From positions 285 through 64,284 of the forward strand of contig CAYZBO010000002.1 of assembly GCA_964476665.1 (NCBI GenBank): a DNA stretch of 64,000 nucleotides, given 5' to 3'. The notes beneath the pieces are model-generated. The model saw nothing but the letters and a program-made list of their open reading frames with translations. It was not told where the DNA came from and did no database searches. The position numbers were made by a program, and so were the translations under genes. How positions within the stretch are numbered: position 1 is the first letter of the stretch; every line of letters starts with the position of its first letter. The DNA is from an uncultured Chryseobacterium sp. (GTDB lineage Bacteria; Bacteroidota; Bacteroidia; Flavobacteriales_F; PHOS-HE28). This document shows positions 34,516-45,425 of the stretch, one piece after another.

Positions 34516-36318
34516 ATGAGCCGTGTGATGGAGAAGCGCTGGGAATACCGGTCGGAGCCGGACCAGCAAGTGGTGGATGAGCTTACACATGACCGATGTC
34601 CTGAACCCCTGGCCCGTTTGTTGGCCACGCGCGGTATCGCCGGTCCGGAAGAGGCTGCGGCATTCTTTCGTCCTGACCTGACGCAGTTGCTGGACCCCTT
34701 CCTCATGAAGGACATGGACAGGGCGGTGGAACGTATCGAGCGGGCGCTCGGTGACCGCGAGCGCATCATGGTCTATGGGGATTATGATGTGGACGGTACC
34801 ACGGCCGTTGCGCTGGTCCATTCCTTTCTTCAGCGGTTCACGGGAGAGCTCATCTTTCACATCCCCGACCGCTACAGCGAGGGGTATGGGATCTCTTTCG
34901 CGGGTGTGGAGCGGGCCTATCGCGAAGGTTGTACGCTGATCATTGCGCTTGACTGCGGTATCAAGGCACATGACAAGGTGGAACGGGCCGGTGAGCTGGG
35001 TATTGATGTGATCATCTGCGACCACCATCGCCCAGGCGATTCGCTGCCTTCGGCGTTGGCCGTCCTTGATCCCAAACGCAACGATTGCCCCTATCCGTTC
35101 AAGGAGTTGAGCGGCTGCGGCATCGGCTTCAAACTCGTCCAAGCCCTGGCTCAACGCAATGGCATTCCGTTGGACGACCTGCTTCCGCTGCTGGACCTGG
35201 TGGCCGTGAGCACCGCCTGTGACATTGTGCCCGTGTCCGGTGAGAACCGTGTACTTGCCCATGCAGGCCTGAAGCGATTGAACCACCAGCCCCGCCCCGG
35301 CTTCCAAGCCATGCTGCAGATGGCCAATGTGAAACGGAGGCTCTGTGTGACCGACCTGGTCTTCGCCCTCGGCCCACGGATCAATGCGGCCGGTCGCATC
35401 GAGCATGGACAACAGGCTGTGGAACTGTTGATGGCGCGTGATCTGTCGGAGGCTGAGCAGATCGCCCTGCGGGTGGACGGGCATAATGTGCAGCGACAGG
35501 AACTGGACAAGGATATCACACGCGAGGCTCTGGGCATGCTGGCTTCGGAACCCCGATCTCAGGATGCCTGGAGCACGGTGCTCTTCAAGCCCACGTGGCA
35601 CAAAGGCGTGATCGGCATTGTCGCCTCGCGGCTCATCGAGCAGTACTACCGCCCCACCATCGTGCTCACCGAAAGCAATGGCAAGGTGGTGGGTTCGGCG
35701 CGCAGTGTGCGCGGCTTTGATGTGTACGAAGCCATCAACGCATGCAGCGATCTGCTCGAGCAGTTCGGCGGGCATATGTATGCCGCCGGCCTGACCATGC
35801 GACCAGAGCAGGTCGAGCCGTTCAGCGTGCGATTCGAGGAGGTGGTGCGCGCCACCCTGCCAGCCCACTGTCGCGTTCCGGTCGAGGAGGTGGACCTTGA
35901 GGTGGAACTTGACCTGTTCGATGCGCGCTTCGTGAACGTGCTTCGCCATATGGCTCCCTATGGCCCCTCCAACATGAGGCCGACCTTCGTTACGCGCGCC
36001 TTGGTGGACACCGGTTCGGCGCGTGTCGTGGGCAATGATCACCTGAAACTCACCGTGCGCCCTGCCAATGGACCCGGGCCACGCTTCGATGCAATTGCGT
36101 TCAAGCAGGCACATCACTTGGATCTGGTGAGGAGCGGTGCTCCCTTCAGCGCTTTGTTCACCCTGGAGGAGAACGAATGGCAGGGTCGCAGCAGCCTTCA
36201 GTTGAACATCAAGGATATCAAGCCCGGGACCGATGTGATGGTACACCGTGCGTTTGCGGAACCGGCATTGGATACCAGGACGCACACCCCTGCGGAGCAT
36301 GATCGAGCCTTACAGTGA
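34516..36318 (+). CDS. recJ: Single-stranded-DNA-specific exonuclease RecJ
   Basis: 600 aa. DHH motifs are GDYDVDGTT, IALDCG and ICDHH. The DHHA1 motif is GGHMYAAG. Confidence 0.93.
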   Translation: MSRVMEKRWEYRSEPDQQVVDELTHDRCPEPLARLLATRGIAGPEEAAAFFRPDLTQLLDPFLMKDMDRAVERIERALGDRERIMVYGDYDVDGTTAVALVHSFLQRFTGELIFHIPDRYSEGYGISFAGVERAYREGCTLIIALDCGIKAHDKVERAGELGIDVIICDHHRPGDSLPSALAVLDPKRNDCPYPFKELSGCGIGFKLVQALAQRNGIPLDDLLPLLDLVAVSTACDIVPVSGENRVLAHAGLKRLNHQPRPGFQAMLQMANVKRRLCVTDLVFALGPRINAAGRIEHGQQAVELLMARDLSEAEQIALRVDGHNVQRQELDKDITREALGMLASEPRSQDAWSTVLFKPTWHKGVIGIVASRLIEQYYRPTIVLTESNGKVVGSARSVRGFDVYEAINACSDLLEQFGGHMYAAGLTMRPEQVEPFSVRFEEVVRATLPAHCRVPVEEVDLEVELDLFDARFVNVLRHMAPYGPSNMRPTFVTRALVDTGSARVVGNDHLKLTVRPANGPGPRFDAIAFKQAHHLDLVRSGAPFSALFTLEENEWQGRSSLQLNIKDIKPGTDVMVHRAFAEPALDTRTHTPAEHDRALQ

Positions 36319-36748
36319 TGAGCATTTCATGCGGCAGGCACTGCGCGAGGCCGAGCAGGCGTTCAAGGCCGATGAGGTGCCGGTGGGGGCGGTGGTGGTG
36401 TGTGCCGATCGGATCATCGGCAGGGGACACAACCTGACCGAACGCCTGAACGATGTGACCGCGCACGCGGAGATGCAGGCCATTACGGCCGCAGCCGCAC
36501 ATTTGGGAGGCAAGTACCTGCAGGATTGCACGCTGTATGTGACATTGGAGCCATGCGTGATGTGTGCCGGTGCGCTCCATTGGGCACAGGTCGGCAAGAT
36601 CGTGTTCGGTGCGTTCGATGAAAAGGCCGGTTACCGTCGCCTGGGTGGTCGTGCTCTCCATCCCAAGACCGTGGTCATCGGTGGTGTTCTGGAAGCGGAG
36701 TGTGCCGACCTGCTCAAGGCGTTCTTCCGTCGCAAGCGATCCCTCTGA
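36299..36748 (+). CDS. tadA: tRNA adenosine(34) deaminase
   Basis: ATG at 36299 (MIEPYSDEHFMRQALREAE...). The zinc motifs are HAEMQAI and TLEPCVMCAGAL. It overlaps the recJ end by 20 nt. Confidence 0.92.
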   Translation: MIEPYSDEHFMRQALREAEQAFKADEVPVGAVVVCADRIIGRGHNLTERLNDVTAHAEMQAITAAAAHLGGKYLQDCTLYVTLEPCVMCAGALHWAQVGKIVFGAFDEKAGYRRLGGRALHPKTVVIGGVLEAECADLLKAFFRRKRSL

Positions 36749-36903
36749 CCGCTTACTGTGCATGGGTGTGTCCCGCACAGCGACAAGAACGGTGCGGGCG
36801 ACAAGGGCGGCGATCAGGTCCGACCGTTACAGGATAAGGCGCAGTGCGCAGCACCTGCATGCCAATGCATGCCGGATCCTTGCAGACACGTCCTTTCGAT
36901 CGC

Positions 36904-39900
36904 TCACGGCAACTGCTCGGGTCGCGTGTTGGTCGGGGTGCTCCCACCGATGTTCAGGAGTACGGGATCGCGGTCGTTGGCACTTCCAGTGTAGCGAACG
37001 ATCCCATCCATGTTCACATCTGCCGGATAATAGCCAGGCGAGGTGGTGTTGGTCGGAACACTGCCACCCACCTGCTGCAGGATGGGGTCCCTGTCATTAT
37101 TCCCGCCCACATAGCGAAGCGTGCCGTCCCGCAGTACATCGCCCACCCACAGCATGCGACGCCCATTGGCCTGCTTCATCGCGTTCGTTCCGAAGAGGGG
37201 GGTGGACGTCGATGTGAGATCGAGGGCTGCCGTTGTTGATCCCAAGGCCACGGGTGTTGTGCACAGTGCTCCCAGGTGGTTCCGGTGGCGTGCAGCCACC
37301 AAGTAATCCCCAGCGGGAACACTGAAGATCAGCGGTGAAAGGCCATCCTTGTCAACGACATCGCCATCCCGTTGGAGCAATCCGGCCCGCACTGCGATGG
37401 TAGAGCTTGGATCGGCCACCGAACGCAGCTCAACAAGGACCCAGTCCACAATGGCATTGTCACCAGTGGTCGCGAATACGGCTGCATCGGCCGACTCACC
37501 TCCGCCGGAAGCCATGTTGTACCCCAGTGCGCTGTACGGTTCCGTGGAAGGCACCAGTCCCTGGCTCCGGAGATCGTCACGCATACGGTCGCTGCTTGTT
37601 TCGTACGGCCCTTCCAGGAGCAGGGACAGCGCCAGTGATACCCCACCGCTCTCCACCACCATATTGTCCAGATAAAGGTTGTTGCCGTAACCATTGATGC
37701 CCGTGAAGCGCACCATGACCGAGCCGCCGTCATAGGCGCTCAGATCGATGTCGTTCAGGCGCCATTGCGAACAGTTCGTGGGGCTCCACGAGGAGGTGGA
37801 GGCGGGTGCCGTGGCCAGCACCGAGCCGTTTTGCTGGAATACGGTGGTCCAGGTCGCACCGCAATTGCCGCTCACCTCCACCCGCATGCCGTCCTCATAC
37901 CCGGGGCCGTAGATCACATAGGCATGATGGAATTTCAAGCGTGTGCCGGCCGAGGCGCTGAGGTCCACGACCGGAGAGGTCAGACGGTCCTCCTGACCGG
38001 AGCTCTGGTAAGCGTAATAGTTGATGGACCAGGCACGGCTGCTGGCACACAGCGCCCCGTTGGTCAGCACGGTGGTGCTCCAGGTGGTTCCGTTGTCCGG
38101 GTTCTGGAGTGACCAGCCGGTGGGTGTGGTGCTGCCACCTTCGACATTCTGGGTGTAGGTGGCGGGGAACACGGTTGCAGCGGTCGGGCTCACCGAACGC
38201 GTTTGCTGATCGTTGGAGGTGAGCTGGTCACCTGACAAGGCCGTGCTTATTGTGAAATTGAAGGGCCCGGGGCCCGTGAGCGTGGCGGACTGGCTGAAGG
38301 TGAACGTTGCCAGACCGCCCGCACCGATCGTGCCGGTGAAGGTCTCTGTAACGGGTGCACCGCCGTTCACCGTGTAGGTCACAGGGAAGCCGCTCTGGGG
38401 TTGTGAGCCGGCGTTACGGATCTCCACCACCACAGGTACGGGCTGATCCGGGCAGGTGAACAGGTCCGTCGGTGGGGAGATGATGGAGAACACGCCCACA
38501 TTGTTGGGCACCGGAGTGTCGAAGGCCTCTGTTTGGTCGGTGCGGCTGGTGGTCGAACCCTGGTTGGCACTGGCGCCCAGACCCCGGCGGGCGAAAGCGG
38601 CCCAGATGTATGGCTGGTTCACCCCGCCATTATTGATCTGGTCGGCCAGCAAGATCGCATCGCGGCCATCCACGAAGCCGGGGTTGCAGGGGGTCAGCTT
38701 CAGGCCATCGATCACCAACTGCATGGCGATGTTGTTGCCTCCTGTTCCATTGTAGATGTCCGGATCAAAGCCATATACGCCGATCAGCTCCCAGGTCATC
38801 TCCCACAGCATGGTGCACCAAACAAAACCGACACCGTGGGGTGCGGGTAGGGCCGTGTTGTTCGTGCTGGCATAGGTGTAGTTGTTCACACCGAAGTTCG
38901 TGCTGTAGGGTGCCGGCCGTATGCCAGCGCTGGTGGTGGGTTGCCCCAGTGCGTAGGTGCCGATGCCACGCCCCATGGGGCCGGTATCCCCCGTCCTCAT
39001 GGTCATCACCAGGCTGAAGAAATCGCTCCAGCCCTCGCCCATCTGCTCGTTGTTGCCCAGGCAGCTTGTGTTGGACGGACCGCCCACCAGCCGGTTGCTG
39101 ATGCCGTGACCATACTCGTGGGCGATGATGCCGTTGTCCAGGTCGCTCGTGCGGTCGGGGTTGGGTTGGGTCCACACATACATCTGCATGCGGGGATTGC
39201 TCCCGTCCGGTGGTGTGCCGAAGTTGGCGTTGTTCGTGCCACTGCCATCCAGTGCATCGGCGAACACGAAATCATTGCCCGCCCCGCCACGTCCGTAGTT
39301 GTTCTGCTGGAAGTTGCCGGACACTTCATCGAAACCGTACTGGTACCAGACATCGTGCATCAGGTTGTTCCAGTAGAACAGGTTGGTGATGGCCGCGCTC
39401 TGGTAGTTGGAGGGTGTCTGGGTCAGGTTGATGGGGAAGTCGAAGTCGAGGTTCGCGCCGCCATCCGGGCTGAAACCACCGGTGTTGTTGGCATCGGTGT
39501 CCTCCTGGGCCTGTACGTTGTTCCCTTTTGTGATGGTGTGTTCCGCACCAGCGGCTCCATTGGTGTCGTGCCAACCGAAAGGCGAGGCGATGCCACCATC
39601 GAGCCAGGGTGCGTTCTCCAAGGTGCGTACACCATGGCTGGGGCTTTCCAGGGGCCAGGCATAGACGTTGTAATCGTTGGGTGCTGCAGGGGCTGCTGGT
39701 GCGGATGGCGCTGCTTTAGGGGCGGGCTCGGCATGGTCGTGGTCATGGGTGAAGGCACATTGGCTCACCCAATCGTTCCGTTCCAGCTCCAAGCCTGTTT
39801 CTGCATCGATGCGCACGTTCCACCAGTGGCTGCCATCCGGGGTGTAGTGGTTCACGTTCCAAGCCAGTCGGAGCAGGTCGCCCTGCGGAACGAAGTAGAG

Positions 39901-40380
39901 CTGTACGGTCAGCTCCGTACCACCGGTGGCCGCGCCATCATACCTCAACCGGCGTCCGGCATCTTCCACCGCGATCAGGGCAGGTGTTGGGGTTCCAGGT
40001 AGCGTGCGCGCCAGCACCGTGGCCAGGGCCTGATCGGCCGTGATCTTCGGGTCGGTGGCATTGGTCCGCTTGGCCAGGTGGCGCCAGCTGCCGTTGTTCA
40101 TGCGCAGTACCTCGCCCCCTGCCGCCCGGTGGATGGCCAGGTCGCCGTTCCAGATCTCGATGCCCTGCCAGCGCTGGCGCATGTAGAGGTGGCGGACCCC
40201 GTTGTGGGCGGTGGTGTACTCGTCCTTCACCACCAGATCGGACAGGTCCTGTTCCAGGTATCCCGCACGGGTCAGCGTGGCGCGGACATCGGCGGGGAGG
40301 TCCGCCTTCCGGTCCTGGGCGCTGGTAAGGCTTGGCAGAAGGGCAAGAAAGAATCCGGGAAGAAGGGTGCGGAGGAGCAT
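36904..40380 (-). CDS. Secreted multidomain M36 (fungalysin-type) zinc metalloprotease: FTP propeptide, M36 catalytic domain, CARDB-like domain, jelly-roll domain and a 247-aa C-terminal module
   Basis: ATG at 40380 (MLLRTLLPGFFLALLPSLTSA|QD). The FTP-like propeptide has HLYMRQRWQGIEIWNGD. The catalytic site is AHEYGHGISNRLVGG ... GEGWSDF. There is no recognisable T9SS CTD at the C-terminus (...GGSTPTNTRPEQLP). The 177 codons upstream in the track ORF are rejected. Confidence 0.9.
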   Translation of the reverse strand: MLLRTLLPGFFLALLPSLTSAQDRKADLPADVRATLTRAGYLEQDLSDLVVKDEYTTAHNGVRHLYMRQRWQGIEIWNGDLAIHRAAGGEVLRMNNGSWRHLAKRTNATDPKITADQALATVLARTLPGTPTPALIAVEDAGRRLRYDGAATGGTELTVQLYFVPQGDLLRLAWNVNHYTPDGSHWWNVRIDAETGLELERNDWVSQCAFTHDHDHAEPAPKAAPSAPAAPAAPNDYNVYAWPLESPSHGVRTLENAPWLDGGIASPFGWHDTNGAAGAEHTITKGNNVQAQEDTDANNTGGFSPDGGANLDFDFPINLTQTPSNYQSAAITNLFYWNNLMHDVWYQYGFDEVSGNFQQNNYGRGGAGNDFVFADALDGSGTNNANFGTPPDGSNPRMQMYVWTQPNPDRTSDLDNGIIAHEYGHGISNRLVGGPSNTSCLGNNEQMGEGWSDFFSLVMTMRTGDTGPMGRGIGTYALGQPTTSAGIRPAPYSTNFGVNNYTYASTNNTALPAPHGVGFVWCTMLWEMTWELIGVYGFDPDIYNGTGGNNIAMQLVIDGLKLTPCNPGFVDGRDAILLADQINNGGVNQPYIWAAFARRGLGASANQGSTTSRTDQTEAFDTPVPNNVGVFSIISPPTDLFTCPDQPVPVVVEIRNAGSQPQSGFPVTYTVNGGAPVTETFTGTIGAGGLATFTFSQSATLTGPGPFNFTISTALSGDQLTSNDQQTRSVSPTAATVFPATYTQNVEGGSTTPTGWSLQNPDNGTTWSTTVLTNGALCASSRAWSINYYAYQSSGQEDRLTSPVVDLSASAGTRLKFHHAYVIYGPGYEDGMRVEVSGNCGATWTTVFQQNGSVLATAPASTSSWSPTNCSQWRLNDIDLSAYDGGSVMVRFTGINGYGNNLYLDNMVVESGGVSLALSLLLEGPYETSSDRMRDDLRSQGLVPSTEPYSALGYNMASGGGESADAAVFATTGDNAIVDWVLVELRSVADPSSTIAVRAGLLQRDGDVVDKDGLSPLIFSVPAGDYLVAARHRNHLGALCTTPVALGSTTAALDLTSTSTPLFGTNAMKQANGRRMLWVGDVLRDGTLRYVGGNNDRDPILQQVGGSVPTNTTSPGYYPADVNMDGIVRYTGSANDRDPVLLNIGGSTPTNTRPEQLP

Positions 40381-40509
40381 GGAGCGGGGCTGAGTGCAGG
40401 CAAAGTACCCCTTGAACAACGTACGAGGCAAGTTGGTGCGGGCGCATGGTAGGGATCCCACCGGATGTCTCGCGATGTGTTCGTGGTCGGGACGGGTGGG
40501 TGGCAGGGC

Positions 40510-40517
40510 TACTTTTG
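40510..40517 (+). promoter_or_regulatory. Bacteroidota-type -7 promoter box (TACTTTTG) for the bacilliredoxin-like gene
   Basis: Exact TAnnTTTG match, 28 nt upstream of ATG 40546. Confidence 0.4.
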
Positions 40518-40545
40518 TGCCCGCTCCGGTCGCTGTTGACCGGGC

Positions 40546-40977
40546 ATGACCGAACCCGTTAGAACCATGTATCCAGCAGAGCTCGTAGCCCCGATGAAGA
40601 CCGACCTCACCACGGCCGGCTTCCAGGAACTCCATACCCCCGATCAAGTGGACAAGGCCCTCACCCAGCCCGGTACCGTATTGTGCGTGGTGAACAGTGT
40701 GTGCGGCTGTGCGGCCGGTGCTGCACGCCCCGGCGTGAAGCTGAGCCTCAAGGGCGGCAAGCGTCCCGACCACCTGGTGACGGTCTTTGCCGGGGTGGAC
40801 ACCGATGCGGTGATCCAGGCCCGCAAGCATTTCCTGCCTTACCCACCAAGCAGCCCGAGCATGGCCCTCTTCAAGGACGGCAAGCTGGTGCACTTCCTGG
40901 AGCGCCATCACATCGAGGGACGCTCGGCCGAGATGATCGCCGACAACCTGCTGATGGCCTACGACGAGTTCTGCTGA
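40546..40977 (+). CDS. BrxA/BrxB-family bacilliredoxin-like thiol-disulfide protein (YphP/YqiW, DUF1094)
   Basis: MYPAELVAPMKTDLT..GF.EL......VD......GTVLCVVNSVCGCAAG, with the CGC redox motif. The start is ATG 40546 or 40567. Confidence 0.85.
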   Translation: MTEPVRTMYPAELVAPMKTDLTTAGFQELHTPDQVDKALTQPGTVLCVVNSVCGCAAGAARPGVKLSLKGGKRPDHLVTVFAGVDTDAVIQARKHFLPYPPSSPSMALFKDGKLVHFLERHHIEGRSAEMIADNLLMAYDEFC

Positions 40978-40998
40978 ACGGATCGACCTGGTAAGAAA

Positions 40999-41035
40999 GA
41001 AACCCCGCCGATCATGTGGCGGGGTTTCATTTTGG
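40999..41035. terminator. Bidirectional Rho-independent terminator
   Basis: The perfect 11-bp stem is GAAACCCCGCC / GGCGGGGTTTC with loop GATCATGT. It is followed by ATTTTGG on plus and TTTCTTAC on minus, and sits between convergent genes. Confidence 0.7.
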
Positions 41036-41082
41036 GGTCATGTGTAACGGACGAAGAGACCCGTCCGGTGGTGCGGGAAGCA

Positions 41083-42570
41083 CTACCAGCCCTTCACCCA
41101 CTTCACGGCCTGCTGGCCGCCATCGGCCCATTGTATGCGCAGCACGTAGGTGGCCGTAGCGAGGTCAGCGATGGGCAGTTCGGTGGTGCGGGCGGTCTCG
41201 CGCAGGGTGCGGCCCATGGCATCCAGGAGCTGCAGCCGCGCAGGAGGCACATCGGAGCGCACGATCAGCATGGCGGCATCGGACGTCAGATGCAGTTCGG
41301 GTCCCGTGCGGGTGTCGATGCCGGTGCCGGTGTTGGACCGCACACGTACCAGGTTGGCATGCGGGGCACCATCGAAGGTGGCGAACGAGCCGCCCACGAT
41401 CAGGTCGCCATCCGGTAGCTGTGCAATGGCAAGGACCTCCGACAAATTGAGCAGGTCCGTAGTAGCTGGCCCCGCACCCGGGTCGAAGGTGGGGTCCAAG
41501 GCACCCGTGGGCAGGATCCGCGCGAGGCGTTGTATCGGCGTGTCCACGATGCGGTTGAACCAGCCGCCGATCAGCAGACGGCCATCGGGTCGTACCGCTG
41601 CACAGGTGATGGGGATCGGGCCGGCGATGACCGGGCCTTGCGTGGGGCCGGTGCCGGGATCGAACGTGGTGTCCAGGCTGCCGTCCGCGTTCAATCGTGC
41701 CATGCGCGACCGGAACACTTCGTCGTAGTAGGTGAAATCCCCGACGATATAGGCCTTGCCATCCGGTGCGGACGCCACCTTGTCCAGCCGCACATGGTAG
41801 CCCCCATAGGCCCCGGAACCGGTATTGAAACCAGGGTCCACGGTACCATCGGCAAGGAACTGGATGATGTTGCGGTGCGTGTCCCCGTTGAAGGTGCCGA
41901 AACTGCCCACAGCGAGCAGGCTTCCATCGGGGCGTACCATGAGGTCGTGTACGGCCGACCCGGAAGAGCCAGGTTGTGCCCCGAAGCCGCCCACCGGTTG
42001 AAAGGCGGTGTCCACGGTGCCGGATGCGTTCAGTCGTACGATGTTGCTGGCGGATGTGCCATCATATTCCGAGAAGCCGCCTCCGACCCAGATCTGCCCA
42101 TCGGTCGTAACAGCCAATGCACGTACCCCGTGACTTGGTCCGGTACCAGTGGTGAAGGTGTCGTCCAAAGTGCCATCACCGTTCAGCCGGGCCAGATGGC
42201 TCACGGCGGTGCCGTCGTAGTCCGTGAAGGTCCCACCCACCAACACCTTGCCATCGGCGGTGAGCGCAAGCGCGGACACCATGCCGTATTGGCCAGTGAA
42301 ACCGGCTCCCGTATCGAAGCCCTCGTCCAGGCCGCCATCGGCGTGCAGGCGTGCCACCATGCCTCGCCCGGTACCGTTCACTTCGGTGAACTTACCGCCG
42401 ATGAGCAGTTTGCCGTCGGGTTGTCGCACGATGCAGTGTACCGTGCCATTGGTGCTTGCGGTGAAGGACGGGTCCACCGCTCCATCCTGCGCCCACGTGC
42501 CGATGGGTCTGACAAGTAGCGTGATGGAGGCGGCAAGGAGCGTGCGGCGAAGGAGGAAGGATGTTCTCAT
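41083..42570 (-). CDS. Delta-60-repeat beta-propeller protein with a T9SS C-terminal domain
   Basis: 495 aa with signal peptide ...RPIGTWA|QD. Repeats of about 50-60 aa have the pattern DGKxLxGGxFTxxNGTxxxxxARLxxDGxLDxxF. The tail ...[22 protein letters not shown] is T9SS type-A-like. Confidence 0.8.
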   Translation of the reverse strand: MRTSFLLRRTLLAASITLLVRPIGTWAQDGAVDPSFTASTNGTVHCIVRQPDGKLLIGGKFTEVNGTGRGMVARLHADGGLDEGFDTGAGFTGQYGMVSALALTADGKVLVGGTFTDYDGTAVSHLARLNGDGTLDDTFTTGTGPSHGVRALAVTTDGQIWVGGGFSEYDGTSASNIVRLNASGTVDTAFQPVGGFGAQPGSSGSAVHDLMVRPDGSLLAVGSFGTFNGDTHRNIIQFLADGTVDPGFNTGSGAYGGYHVRLDKVASAPDGKAYIVGDFTYYDEVFRSRMARLNADGSLDTTFDPGTGPTQGPVIAGPIPITCAAVRPDGRLLIGGWFNRIVDTPIQRLARILPTGALDPTFDPGAGPATTDLLNLSEVLAIAQLPDGDLIVGGSFATFDGAPHANLVRVRSNTGTGIDTRTGPELHLTSDAAMLIVRSDVPPARLQLLDAMGRTLRETARTTELPIADLATATYVLRIQWADGGQQAVKWVKGW

Positions 42571-42689
42571 GGTTCAGGTGCAAGGTTCATGGGGCTGGCG
42601 GCATATGTCATGTTCGCATCTGCTCATCGGGAAGGATGGGCGGATGTGAACGACTGGTGCGGGTCCATGCTTGAAGCATCCGTATGCCC

Positions 42690-42731
42690 GGCAAATTTCA
42701 AGAAAAGGGCCATCCCTTGCGGGACGGCCCT
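42690..42731 (-). terminator. Rho-independent terminator of gdhA
   Basis: The minus strand reads AAGGGCCGTCCC-GCAA-GGGATGGCCCTT followed by TTCTTGAAATTT. It lies 24 nt after the gdhA stop. Confidence 0.65.
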
Positions 42732-42754
42732 TCGCTCTTCCATTACCGTGTGGC

Positions 42755-45369
<2,615 letters not shown>

Positions 45370-45409
45370 CACCAAAGGGCTCCAACGACATGCCCGGCGG
45401 GGATCCCCA

Positions 45410-45417
45410 CAAATGTA
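45410..45417 (-). promoter_or_regulatory. Bacteroidota-type -7 promoter box (TACATTTG) for dprA
   Basis: Exact TAnnTTTG match on the minus strand, 40 nt upstream of ATG 45369, in the short divergent region shared with the TonB-dependent receptor gene. Confidence 0.4.
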
Positions 45418-45425
45418 AACGCCCC

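Noticed and set aside
34456-36300. 614-aa minus-strand ORF opposite recJ
   Set aside because: This is the same kind of high-GC antisense artefact. The recJ frame carries the DHH and DHHA1 motifs, while the antisense frame has no recognisable features.
36904-40911. Full 1335-aa version of the M36 protease ORF
   Set aside because: The first 177 codons have no signal peptide and would overlap the divergent bacilliredoxin-like gene (40546-40977) on the other strand as well as its promoter box. The ATG at 40380 yields a canonical signal peptide followed by Q.
40546-40977. A 'BrxA/BrxB' family name that might suggest a BREX phage-defence component
   Set aside because: The sequence (CGC redox motif, DUF1094-like, about 140 aa) is a bacilliredoxin-type thiol protein, not the BREX BrxA. 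No other BREX genes (PglX, PglZ, BrxC, BrxL) are nearby.
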